Assembly (NCBI GenBank): GCA_937861125.1 | Contig: CALMAY010000038.1 | Location: 190,921 to 254,920, forward strand | Length of the DNA stretch: 64,000 nt | Reading direction: 5' to 3' | From: an uncultured bacterium | Lineage (GTDB): Bacteria; Patescibacteriota; Patescibacteriia; Magasanikbacterales; UBA922 | Shown here: positions 27,152-35,961 of the stretch, one piece after another | How the letters are laid out: the number at the start of each line of letters is the position of its first letter | Numbering within the stretch: the first letter of the stretch is position 1 | The notes under the pieces: model-generated | Told to the model about the DNA's origin: nothing | The model's database searches: none | Seen by the model: the letters and a program-made list of their open reading frames with translations, nothing else | Made by a program: the position numbers and the translations under genes

Positions 27152-27517
27152 CTAGGTGTTATTGTATGTAGACATAGACGCTGGTCTATATAATTTTTTA
27201 TACTCACGAATGTATGCTTTGAAAAAATTTGATACGTCTGTTGTTTCTCCTGTACAAGTAAAAGTTTTCAACGCATAAGTCTCTGGTGTATTTGCCATTT
27301 TTTCAAATTCTCTTACCATCTTTCGTACAGCTGATTCGTCTACTCCATCTTGGCGCACAATTGTTTCAGTATAGGTTGGTGTTGATGTATATTTGTACTT
27401 GTACGGTGTTTGAGTATAGACACACTGACCATCAGTGTTTTTGCCTTTCAGCTCCAATACATTAAAACTCTTAATCTTTAAACCAAAAAATTCAACAGTC
27501 GGTATGGTTTTTTTCAC
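27152..27517 (-). CDS. hypothetical protein (possibly the C-terminal part of a secreted protein split at a poly-A tract)
   Basis: 121 aa starting at GTG. Y/T/K-rich (TQTPYKYKYTSTPTYTE). It is in the -1 frame relative to the upstream 61-aa ORF, across GTGAAAAAAACC. Confidence 0.4.
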   Translation of the reverse strand: MKKTIPTVEFFGLKIKSFNVLELKGKNTDGQCVYTQTPYKYKYTSTPTYTETIVRQDGVDESAVRKMVREFEKMANTPETYALKTFTCTGETTDVSNFFKAYIREYKKLYRPASMSTYNNT

Positions 27518-27699
27518 TTTGGTTGGTGCACATGTTTGGATGCATCTTTAAAACAAGCCCAGGAAGATTTGCAATCTTTTATTTCAGTTGTAACAGCATG
27601 AACACTGAACGGTGTAGAGAACAATAATACACCGAATAATGCAAACATAACGAAAACACTTTTTTCATATATACGTTTATATAGTAAATAATAGTACAC
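27514..27699 (-). CDS. hypothetical signal-peptide-bearing ORF
   Basis: MFALFGVLLFSTPFSVHA looks like a signal peptide. The ORF terminates inside the A7 tract, where the next ORF begins. Confidence 0.3.
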   Translation of the reverse strand: MYYYLLYKRIYEKSVFVMFALFGVLLFSTPFSVHAVTTEIKDCKSSWACFKDASKHVHQPK

Positions 27700-27769
27700 A
27701 GTATGATATGTATTGCCTATAGTGTAAATGATAATGTATACTTGTGTCTAGTGTACTAATTTATATTTT

Positions 27770-29725
27770 ATGAACTCAGAACATTTAGGATATACACCTA
27801 ATCCTGTAGACCCACACCACGAACCCACAATAAAAACGCCAAACGAATTTTCTGAAAGACATCCAGACGATGAGAAGGTAGAGCTAGTACCGAGCAGCTT
27901 TAAACGAATTCTAGAGGATGGATTCCGTCAGCTCGAAAGACCAGCTGGTGTAGAGGCGGAAGAACAAGAAAGACCTCTGGAGGCCATAGAACGCCGTCGC
28001 TTAGCAAAACATGCTGCAATACTTGTTGGAACGGTTTTAGTTTTGGAGGAAGCTATGACCACTATTCCAGACATTGGAGATATACCAAAATTTAAACTGG
28101 ATCGATTTAATATTCTTGGTGCTTTGGATACCCCAGAGAAGAAGGCTGTCGCACAACGTTTTTATATGGAATCATTGCAACGACGCATCGACCTGCTGTC
28201 TATGTGCAAAAAAAGAAATGAGGAATCTCCAGCGACAATATTATCACCCATTCATGCTTTGGAAATTTGGAACCGACTAGCTGCTGAACAACAGGAACTG
28301 TTGAAACATGTTAAAGTTGAAATACCTAAACCATTATCTGGTCTACCAAAACAATTACAAGATCAGATTGCTAGTCACTGTAACAGTGTTAGTCTAAACG
28401 TAGGATGTTCTGCCCGTTGTCCATTCTGTGCTTTTTCTGCAGAAAAAAATGTTAGAGAGATTGTCCCTTTTGCTCAAGCGGCATGGCTTATCATGAACAC
28501 ACCCAAAAAGAATGACACGTTTTTTTATGAGGCCACAGATCCTGGCGACTATGAATACAAGGGCCATACCTATGGTGATATAGTAACAATACAAGAAGCA
28601 GTACGTGGTAATGCATCATACGTCTCTACTGCAGTTCCACATGGTTCTTGGGATAGAATAAAAGCAATGTCAGACTGTGTGAATCGTATCTCAGTGAGTT
28701 ATGCAAATATAGGACGACTTAAAAAGATGGGGGTCCTGACAGAGGTTGATGGCGTTACTCTCCCATCCAACCCTGATGCCACTGACATACTATATCACGA
28801 AGGAGTAGCATCTCTGACTCGCCAATTAGGAATATTACTTGTATCAGTTGTAGGTGAAAAAAAACATGAACGTAATATTGATCCGGAAGCACTTCGCAAA
28901 AGCGTTGCTGCGGCACTTCCTGGTTACAAAAGTGGTGTTGCAGATTTACTAAATGACCATAACTTAAGAGATGCAGGGAAACAGCGTAAAGTAGTCAAAA
29001 AGGGAACAGGTATTGGGAGTTCTATCGAATGTAGGCAGGGTGTTCATGTCACACCCGAAAGAGTACTAAATTACTTGCCTGCGCTTAGTACGGAGAAATT
29101 TCCTGACGGAAAAATAGAGGTACAAATTTCGAATCCTAACGAACAAGATAATGTAGAACGAATTCGTGACATTCTAAAACAACTAAAAGATGGCAAAAAT
29201 GTGGAAATTCAATCCCTAATATCAACCGGACTGATCCAACCAGTTCACGGTGATGGACAGGGAGAAAACGCAGCTATTCTTTTTCGAGAAAAAGTTTCAC
29301 CTCGTCATTCACCTACCTTCCGCATTTTTAGTACAAAACCAGAAGAATCTGTACTGTGGACAACAGAGGTGAATACTATCACACAACACGTGCCTGAATT
29401 TCTGGATCTTTTGACGTCAGTAGACGAATATAAAGAAATAACTAAAAAAGCTTATACAGGAGACCTGTATATTTCTCCAGATTTTATAGGGCATCTTAAA
29501 GTGGCATATGCAAGGAGAATGCAACATAAATATTTGAGAAAGCCAGGTGAAGACATTTTTCTTGACGTTTTTATAAGTGATAGCGATACTTCTTTTCAAC
29601 CACATTCATTTACTCTAAATGTGTATCATTCTGATAGTTTTACAAAGCAAGTCTGGGTTTGTATCTATAATCTCGTTGATGGAAATATTCTAACGCTTCG
29701 TTGCGACGACAACACTAGTGTTTGA
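27770..29725 (+). CDS. large hypothetical protein with a radical-SAM-like CxxxCxxC motif
   Basis: 651 aa. NVGCSARCPFCAFSAEKN lies at about residue 230, followed by FFYEATDPGDY where GGEP would be expected. The long N- and C-terminal regions have no recognisable family. Confidence 0.5.
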   Translation: MNSEHLGYTPNPVDPHHEPTIKTPNEFSERHPDDEKVELVPSSFKRILEDGFRQLERPAGVEAEEQERPLEAIERRRLAKHAAILVGTVLVLEEAMTTIPDIGDIPKFKLDRFNILGALDTPEKKAVAQRFYMESLQRRIDLLSMCKKRNEESPATILSPIHALEIWNRLAAEQQELLKHVKVEIPKPLSGLPKQLQDQIASHCNSVSLNVGCSARCPFCAFSAEKNVREIVPFAQAAWLIMNTPKKNDTFFYEATDPGDYEYKGHTYGDIVTIQEAVRGNASYVSTAVPHGSWDRIKAMSDCVNRISVSYANIGRLKKMGVLTEVDGVTLPSNPDATDILYHEGVASLTRQLGILLVSVVGEKKHERNIDPEALRKSVAAALPGYKSGVADLLNDHNLRDAGKQRKVVKKGTGIGSSIECRQGVHVTPERVLNYLPALSTEKFPDGKIEVQISNPNEQDNVERIRDILKQLKDGKNVEIQSLISTGLIQPVHGDGQGENAAILFREKVSPRHSPTFRIFSTKPEESVLWTTEVNTITQHVPEFLDLLTSVDEYKEITKKAYTGDLYISPDFIGHLKVAYARRMQHKYLRKPGEDIFLDVFISDSDTSFQPHSFTLNVYHSDSFTKQVWVCIYNLVDGNILTLRCDDNTSV

Positions 29726-29752
29726 CAACTTCTAAACCATTTAGCTACCAGA

Positions 29753-30066
29753 CTGTTTCCCTATACAGAAGTACCAACTGGCTCACTCGGACAAGGACTC
29801 TCGGTCGGCGCTGGTATGGCACTCTATGCCAAATCCCAAAAGCTTTCGCACAAAACATATGTGCTACTTGGGGACTCTGAGATGGCTGAAGGGCAGGTGT
29901 GGGAAGCGATGCAGCTCGCAGCGCACTATAAACTTAATAATCTGGTTGCAATACTATATGTCAATCGACTCGGTCAGAGAGGGGAGACAATGTATGGACA
30001 TGATGTCAGAAGCTATCAGAAAAAGGCATCTGCGTTTGGGTAGGAGACGATTGTGATTGATGGGCA
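29753..30066 (+). pseudogene. internal fragment of a transketolase gene (tkt') with a premature stop
   Basis: Collinear with tkt 31843-32156. The shared strings include ctgtttccctatacagaagtaccaactggctcactcggacaaggactctcgg and gggcaggtgtgggaagcgatgcagctcgc. TGG has become TAG at 30041-30043. No start codon and no 5' or 3' portion. Confidence 0.88.
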
Positions 30067-30071
30067 CAGCC

Positions 30072-30450
30072 CCAAAGCGATTAAGCGCGTTGGTATTAAA
30101 CTGTTTTTTCATTTCTTCTACCAATCCAAATGTAGCAACAATGTCTGATATAAGTTGTTCGTCACGCGTATTGCTTGGATCCATCAATGCCCAAAAGAGT
30201 GAGTGGTTTGCGTGTCCGCCCCCATGATTTTAAATGGCAGTTCTGTCTGCATCTGAGAGTTGTAGTGTGTGTAGCTCACGAAGAAGTGTTTCAATACCTT
30301 TATCTTGTAGCTCAGGATATCTTTCAACTACACCATTGAGTTTGTCGATATAGGCTTGGTGGTTTAGTATGATGAATTTCCATTGTTTTGGCATCAACGA
30401 TAGGTTCAAGTGCGTCGTATGAGTATGGTAAGGGTGGAAGTGTGTACAAT
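30072..30450 (-). pseudogene. 5' fragment of a superoxide dismutase gene (sodA') with frameshift and lost start
   Basis: Collinear with sodA 26678-27057. It has a 2-nt deletion (ggtggtttagtatgatga versus ggtggtgcttggtatgatgg). The start CAT has become CAAT. It abuts tkt' directly at about 30067-30071. Confidence 0.9.
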
Positions 30451-30454
30451 ATTG

Positions 30455-31411
30455 TTATTTTGTTATATAAAACGTCGCTTGGTCACCTAATTTTTGTTTA
30501 TTCAGCTCTTGTGCTTGCTGCTCAAATGCAGTAATCTTCTCTCTACTAAACAGCGCGTTTTCTGGATTCTTGAGATATGACGACTCTGTCATGAGGGGAA
30601 TATCTTGTTTGTATTGTTCACTGCCCCAAAATTGAAAGGCGGTCGAATCATACTCTGTCTCTGTATTTTGTAGACCTGCTTGTTTTGTGAGTATATCAAT
30701 ACTCTTTTGGGTATGCAAAAAGAAGTGACGCGGTGGGTCCAGCTGTACCCAGTCTGATCTATATGTTTTCCACGCATATGATCCAGCGACAGGAATACGA
30801 ATAATAATTGTACCGGTATCAGAGAGACGCTCGCGAAGAAGTTGGAGTGTATGAAGCGGGTCAGGGAGATGCTCAAATACGTGATTGAGCAAAATGACAT
30901 CAAATTCTCCCTCTACATCAAGGATATCTTTTTTTTCTACAATTACTCCTCCTGGGTAGACGATATCTTTGGTGAGGTACGGATCGATTCCGTAGAGGTG
31001 TTTATACCCGGCGAGCGAAAGCTCCAGGAGTGTATGTCCACTACCACACCCAACATCGAGTATTCGGGAATCTGTCGTCGCACCAACTTTTTTGACCCAC
31101 TCAAACACAGGAGGTACTCCCATTTTTTTGGCAATCAACGCGCCAATAGGTGAAAAACGTCCGTCAGCATGTTTTGCTCGTTCTTGTTTGAGGTATTTTT
31201 TAAATGCATTGCCTGAAAGTGGATTTTCTTTGCCAAACGAATAGTAGTGAGAAGAGTAGTACTGCGACATATCTTTTGGTCGCTTGACGAGATAGACACA
31301 TTCGCACGATGCACATTCTTCGTACGTAAATACTTCGCGAAGACCAAACATCATCTCACGTGCCTGGTACTGAACATTGTTCGTTGAATTGTTACAAATA
31401 GGGCAAGGCAT
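30455..31411 (-). CDS. class I SAM-dependent methyltransferase with N-terminal zinc ribbon
   Basis: MPCPICNN...CASCECVY gives the CxxC...Cxx[16 protein letters not shown] is motif [15 protein letters not shown] is also present. Confidence 0.85.
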   Translation of the reverse strand: MPCPICNNSTNNVQYQAREMMFGLREVFTYEECASCECVYLVKRPKDMSQYYSSHYYSFGKENPLSGNAFKKYLKQERAKHADGRFSPIGALIAKKMGVPPVFEWVKKVGATTDSRILDVGCGSGHTLLELSLAGYKHLYGIDPYLTKDIVYPGGVIVEKKDILDVEGEFDVILLNHVFEHLPDPLHTLQLLRERLSDTGTIIIRIPVAGSYAWKTYRSDWVQLDPPRHFFLHTQKSIDILTKQAGLQNTETEYDSTAFQFWGSEQYKQDIPLMTESSYLKNPENALFSREKITAFEQQAQELNKQKLGDQATFYITK

Positions 31412-31530
31412 ATTGCGTATAGTGTACCGTATTTAGTATACTTACGTAAAGTCTTTTGATGTGTCATTTCCGCCCTCATTTTCATGAGAATAAACTCCGG
31501 CGGGAATCTTAAAAAATCGTATTCATACTT

Positions 31531-33366
31531 ATGATGAATAATCTATCACAAATAACAAAACGCATCCGCCGCGACATCATCCGCTCTACGACAGCAGCTG
31601 GGTCAGGTCACCCATCATCCTCACTTTCCGCTACAGACTTGATGGCGACGCTATTATTCAACGGACATTTTCGTGCAGATCTCAGCAATCCAGAATATCC
31701 AAACAACGATCGTTTGATTTTTAGCAAGGGTCACGCAGCACCACTCTTGTACGCACTGTACGCGGCAGCAGGAAAAGTGAAGGATGCAGAGCTTCTCACA
31801 CTCAGAAACATAGATAGTAATCTAGAAGGTCACCCAACGAGGCTGTTTCCCTATACAGAAGTACCAACTGGCTCACTCGGACAAGGACTCTCGGCCGGTG
31901 TCGGTATGGCACTTTGGGCAAAAACGAATAAGTTATCGTACAAAACCTATGTATTACTCGGTGATTCAGAAATGGCAGAGGGGCAGGTGTGGGAAGCGAT
32001 GCAGCTCGCCGCGCACTACAAACTCAACAATCTGGTCGCAATCCTAGACGTCAATCGACTCGGACAGAGGGGGGAGACGATGCATGGATACGACGTCAAA
32101 AATTATCAAAAAAAGGCAGCTGCGTTTGGGTGGGAGACGATTGTGATTGATGGACATAATCTCAGGGCAATTGACGTTGCTTTTTCAAAGAGCAAAGAAC
32201 AAAGAGCAAAGAGCAAGCCAATAATGATTATTGCAAAAACAATAAAAGGGAAAGGGGTAAAGATGATTGAAAATAAAGAAGGATGGCATGGGAAAGCGTT
32301 GTCGGAGAAAGAAGCGGGGGTTGCATTGAAACAGCTTGGGGTAGTAGAGGAAGTTACAGGAACAATAAGGATGCCTTTGAAAATTTCTAATTCTAAATTA
32401 CTAATTTTTAATAAAATCACCAATTACCAATTACTAGTTACTCATTACACCAAACCAACAGCAACGAGACACGCATACGGAAACGCCCTAATAACACTTG
32501 GCAAAACACTTCCAAATCTCGTCGTTCTCGACGCTGAGACAAGCAACTCCACTGGTGCAGAAACATTCAAGAAATCAGACAAGAAACGATTTTTTGAGAT
32601 GTTTATCGCAGAGCAAAATATGGTCAGTACCGCACTAGGCATGTCACGACGTGGCGCATTGCCATTTTGTTCCACCTTTGCTGCATTTTTTACCCGTGCG
32701 TATGACCAGATTCGTATGTCGGCGTACGCGGATACACCGCTTGTTCTCGTCGGATCTCACAGTGGTGTCTCGATTGGGAGTGATGGTGCGTCGCAGATGG
32801 CGCTCGAGGATATTGCGATGATGCGTGCTATTGAGAGAAGTATTGTACTGTACCCATCTGACGCCGTTGCTACTGAGCGTCTCGTGTTTGAGGCGTCACA
32901 ACAGAAAGGTATAATATATATTCGCACGACTCGCGCAGAGACTCCGATTCTCTATTCACCAAAAGAACAATTTCCAGTTGGCGGATCAAAAACACTGCGA
33001 TCAAGTGACAAAGATGTTGTCGCTGTGTTTGCTGCAGGTATCACTGTCCACGAAGCACTCAAAGCGTATGAGGAATTGAAACATCAGGGGATTATGATTC
33101 GTGTGGTGGATATGTATAGTGTCAAGCCACTTGATGTAGAAGTGATTAAAAAAGCATGTGCTGAAACAAGAGCGTTACTTGTCGTAGAAGATCATCATCG
33201 CGAGGGTGGATTGTATGAAGCGATTTGTGGGTCTGATGCTGTGGTACGTCCGACATATTCGCTCGCAGTGACGAAGCGACCTCATAGTGGGACGATGGGA
33301 GAGTTGTTGAGTCTGGAAGGGATTAATGCTGGGGCGATTGCAGAACAAATAACCAAAATCTTATAA
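31531..33366 (+). CDS. tkt: transketolase (N-terminal and C-terminal halves fused through a repeat-derived linker)
   Basis: AGSGHPSSSLS, GDSEMAEGQVWEA and LDVNRLGQ, then a linker (PLKISNSKLLIFNKITNYQLLVTHY), then TRHAYGNAL, FIAEQNMV and GSHSGVSIGSDGASQMALEDIAMMR. Confidence 0.95.
   Translation: MMNNLSQITKRIRRDIIRSTTAAGSGHPSSSLSATDLMATLLFNGHFRADLSNPEYPNNDRLIFSKGHAAPLLYALYAAAGKVKDAELLTLRNIDSNLEGHPTRLFPYTEVPTGSLGQGLSAGVGMALWAKTNKLSYKTYVLLGDSEMAEGQVWEAMQLAAHYKLNNLVAILDVNRLGQRGETMHGYDVKNYQKKAAAFGWETIVIDGHNLRAIDVAFSKSKEQRAKSKPIMIIAKTIKGKGVKMIENKEGWHGKALSEKEAGVALKQLGVVEEVTGTIRMPLKISNSKLLIFNKITNYQLLVTHYTKPTATRHAYGNALITLGKTLPNLVVLDAETSNSTGAETFKKSDKKRFFEMFIAEQNMVSTALGMSRRGALPFCSTFAAFFTRAYDQIRMSAYADTPLVLVGSHSGVSIGSDGASQMALEDIAMMRAIERSIVLYPSDAVATERLVFEASQQKGIIYIRTTRAETPILYSPKEQFPVGGSKTLRSSDKDVVAVFAAGITVHEALKAYEELKHQGIMIRVVDMYSVKPLDVEVIKKACAETRALLVVEDHHREGGLYEAICGSDAVVRPTYSLAVTKRPHSGTMGELLSLEGINAGAIAEQITKIL
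32380..32446 (+). repeat. AT-rich 7-bp repeat block inside tkt (TTCTAAN units, then ACCAATT x2 plus 2 degenerate units)
   Basis: aaatttctaattctaaattactaattttt...accaatt accaatt actagtt actcatt. It shares the ACCAATT heptamer with mnmA and the AATTWCT units with the inverted repeat at 60170-60267. Confidence 0.85.
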
Positions 33367-33367
33367 T

Positions 33368-33976
33368 ATGGAGAAAATGGAAGACAAACATATTAAAAAA
33401 GTAGTTAGAGAATTTGATATTACTTGTCAGAAGTTTTGCTACTGGGCTTACCTCACAAATTCACACCAACTATTGTACTCAAGAGTATCAAATACTCATT
33501 ATCAGATTGATGACATTACTTATGAAGATGCCTCCTTCATGTCACTAAACTTATTAATGCCAGTATTGCAGGAAAGTTGGAGAATTTCAATTGCAAGATT
33601 GGATGATCCATCATATTTTATAAATCAAAAAACTGGCGAAAAAAAGATAAATGTCTCAGTGAGATTTATTTTAAAAGATGATAAAGATCTTCAAACAGAG
33701 TGGGAAAACGGTATACCTAGAAAATTTTTCAGCTCTATTCGTACACTTAGAAATGGAAGAGATGTTCATAACACCGAACAGGAAATCGAAATAATAAAAA
33801 GCGGAGTTAAAGAATTTTTCAAAACAACAAAAGAAACTCTAGAAAAATATATATTACAGCACAATGTACGAGGAATAGAAATTGTCGACATATCGTATAA
33901 AGAGAGAATGCAATTCCACTTTGTTAAAAAAACCTTTAACGTGCCAGATTTAAAATTTGAAAATTTTCTTACTTAA
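33368..33976 (+). CDS. hypothetical protein, possible HEPN-type (AbiU2-like) domain
   Basis: 202 aa, AT-rich. LRNGRDVHNTEQE fits the HEPN Rx4-6H motif with a following polar run. RISIARLDDP lies upstream. The gene is wedged between tkt (1-nt gap) and pgi (5-nt gap). Confidence 0.35.
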   Translation: MEKMEDKHIKKVVREFDITCQKFCYWAYLTNSHQLLYSRVSNTHYQIDDITYEDASFMSLNLLMPVLQESWRISIARLDDPSYFINQKTGEKKINVSVRFILKDDKDLQTEWENGIPRKFFSSIRTLRNGRDVHNTEQEIEIIKSGVKEFFKTTKETLEKYILQHNVRGIEIVDISYKERMQFHFVKKTFNVPDLKFENFLT

Positions 33977-33981
33977 TATAT

Positions 33982-34947
33982 ATGCTCTCAACCGCAATCC
34001 AAAACCTTCCAACCCAATTCGCATTTAAACCAAAAATCGAAAACGCAAACAAGCTCGCAAAACGCAAGAAATATATCCTCGCCGGCATGGGTGGATCACG
34101 TCTTGCCGCTGATGTGCTCCTTGCACTACACCCATCAGTAGACATTCGCTTCCACAAAGACTACGAACTCCCACACTACGCAGATACAAAAGAACGACTC
34201 GTTATCTGTAGTTCGTACTCAGGAAATACAGAGGAAACCATCTCAGCGTACATTGCCGCCAGAGCCAAAAAACTCCCAGTCGTGTGTATCGCTGCTGGAG
34301 GAAAGCTCATTGAACTAGCAAAAAAAGACAAAACACCCTATATCTTAATCCCAAACACAGGTATCCAACCACGCTGCGCCACTGGATTTAGTCTCATCGC
34401 ACTGATGACGGTACTTGAAATGAAAAAGGAAATTGCACAACTACGAAGTCTAGAAAAAACACTCAAACCAAAGACGATTGAAAAGAAGGGGAGAAAACTA
34501 GCACAAACACTCTCTGGCTCTGTCCCACTCATCTACAGTAGTACCCAAAACAGCGCCATCGCCGAGAACTGGAAAATCAAGATGAACGAAAATGGAAAGA
34601 TTCCAGCGTTCTGGAATGTGGTACCAGAGCTATGCCACAACGAAATGACAGGATTTGATGTGATTAACAACACTAAATCTTTGTCTGAAAAATTTCACTG
34701 TGTATTTATTCTAGACAAAAACGATCATGTACGCGTACAGAAACGATTCAAAATTATTGAAAAACTCTATATTGCACGTGGTTTGAAAGTAGAAAAAGTA
34801 ATATTGGCAGGGAAAACACGAGCAGAGCAGGTATTCAATGCATTATTGTTAGGCGATTGGACATCACTTGCACTATCAGAACACTATGGAACTGAGAGTG
34901 AACAGGTGCCGATGGTAGAAGAGTTCAAAAAACTGATGCAAAAATAG
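33982..34947 (+). CDS. bifunctional phosphoglucose/phosphomannose isomerase (SIS domain)
   Basis: YILAGMGGSRLAADVL, ICSSYSGNTEETI and the C-terminal HNEMTGF region. Confidence 0.85.
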   Translation: MLSTAIQNLPTQFAFKPKIENANKLAKRKKYILAGMGGSRLAADVLLALHPSVDIRFHKDYELPHYADTKERLVICSSYSGNTEETISAYIAARAKKLPVVCIAAGGKLIELAKKDKTPYILIPNTGIQPRCATGFSLIALMTVLEMKKEIAQLRSLEKTLKPKTIEKKGRKLAQTLSGSVPLIYSSTQNSAIAENWKIKMNENGKIPAFWNVVPELCHNEMTGFDVINNTKSLSEKFHCVFILDKNDHVRVQKRFKIIEKLYIARGLKVEKVILAGKTRAEQVFNALLLGDWTSLALSEHYGTESEQVPMVEEFKKLMQK

Positions 34948-35035
34948 GGTGTGTATAACCCACATTGCCCCAACAGTATCGATATAGTACAATAACCCAA
35001 CATAAACATATTATTTATTTGTATATCTCAAATAT

Positions 35036-35791
35036 ATGGAAGAACAACAAACAAAAAAATCCCCATTTGACCTTCTTACATCAAAACAAAGTTTTGTACT
35101 TGGTCTCGCAAGTGGTGTACTTACACTGATTGTTATTGGTTTCTTTGTACTCTTGGGAATGGTATTAAATGGAAGTTCATTTGGTGGTAGCACAACATAC
35201 AAACCATCAACAAACACCAACCCAACACCAGCTCCGACAACAAACACCGGAGCTATTGATGTAAACCTGATTGCAGAAAGTCTCAAGCTTGATATGAAGG
35301 ACTTTCAAGCATGTCTAACAAACGCTGATACCAACGCACTTGTAAGTGCTGATATCACAACAGCAAACGCAGTAGGTGTTCGTGGTACTCCACATACCAT
35401 TGCAGTATTGAGCAACGGAACAGGCGCTGTACTCAACGGTGCAATTCCATTTGAGCAAGCAGACGCAGTCGTTGCTGGACTCCTCAGAGGTGAAGGTGCT
35501 ACAGCTATCACAGGTCTCTCTCCAGTCTCAAAAGACGACCATATTATTGGTGCCAAAAAACCAAAAGTAACATTGATTGAATATTCAGATTTTGAATGTC
35601 CTTTCTGTCAACGTTTCCACCCAACTACTAAACAATTGCTAGAGAAATATCCAAACGATGTCGCGTTGGTCTATCGCCATTTTCCACTTGAATCGATCCA
35701 CCCAAATGCTCGTGCATATGCAGTCGCTAGTGAATGTGCTGCACAACAGGACAAATTCTGGGAATTTGCTGACGCACTCTTTGGGGCATAA
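35036..35791 (+). CDS. membrane-anchored DsbA/thioredoxin-fold oxidoreductase, apparently circularly permuted
   Basis: A TM anchor is followed by a cis-Pro-loop segment (VGVRGTPHTIAV). Only after that come the CxxC half (VTLIEYSDFECPFCQRFHP) and the helical insert (HPNARAYAVASECAAQQDKFWEFADALF). Confidence 0.75.
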   Translation: MEEQQTKKSPFDLLTSKQSFVLGLASGVLTLIVIGFFVLLGMVLNGSSFGGSTTYKPSTNTNPTPAPTTNTGAIDVNLIAESLKLDMKDFQACLTNADTNALVSADITTANAVGVRGTPHTIAVLSNGTGAVLNGAIPFEQADAVVAGLLRGEGATAITGLSPVSKDDHIIGAKKPKVTLIEYSDFECPFCQRFHPTTKQLLEKYPNDVALVYRHFPLESIHPNARAYAVASECAAQQDKFWEFADALFGA

Positions 35792-35807
35792 TCAACGTAG
35801 TTTCTTG

Positions 35808-35842
35808 TAACTCCTCCCTAGTGGGGGAGTTTTTGTTTTTTC
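35808..35842 (+). terminator. intrinsic terminator after the DsbA-like gene
   Basis: AACTCCTCCC tagt GGGGGAGTT followed by TTTGTTTTTT. Confidence 0.7.
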
Positions 35843-35961
35843 ATATTTATGGTATACTATGAACATCATAAAATTCAAAGAAACAAGATGCAAACACCAA
35901 GTACGTTGATGATTTAAATCTTTTGGTTATTGTTTCTTGGTGTTTAGAAATTTTCAACAAC

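Noticed and set aside
29816-30187. Track ORFs 29816-30043, 29826-30056 and 29954-30187 as genes
   Set aside because: They are read-throughs of the tkt' and sodA' pseudogene fragments and of the chimeric junction between them.
31470-31530. TPP riboswitch upstream of transketolase
   Set aside because: There is a nested inverted repeat: ATTTCCGCC...GGCGGGAAT enclosing CTCAT-TTTC-ATGAG. It has none of the conserved TPP-aptamer motifs (CUGAGA, ACCUGAUCUGGAUAAUGCCAGCG-like). It is probably just a promoter or leader hairpin.
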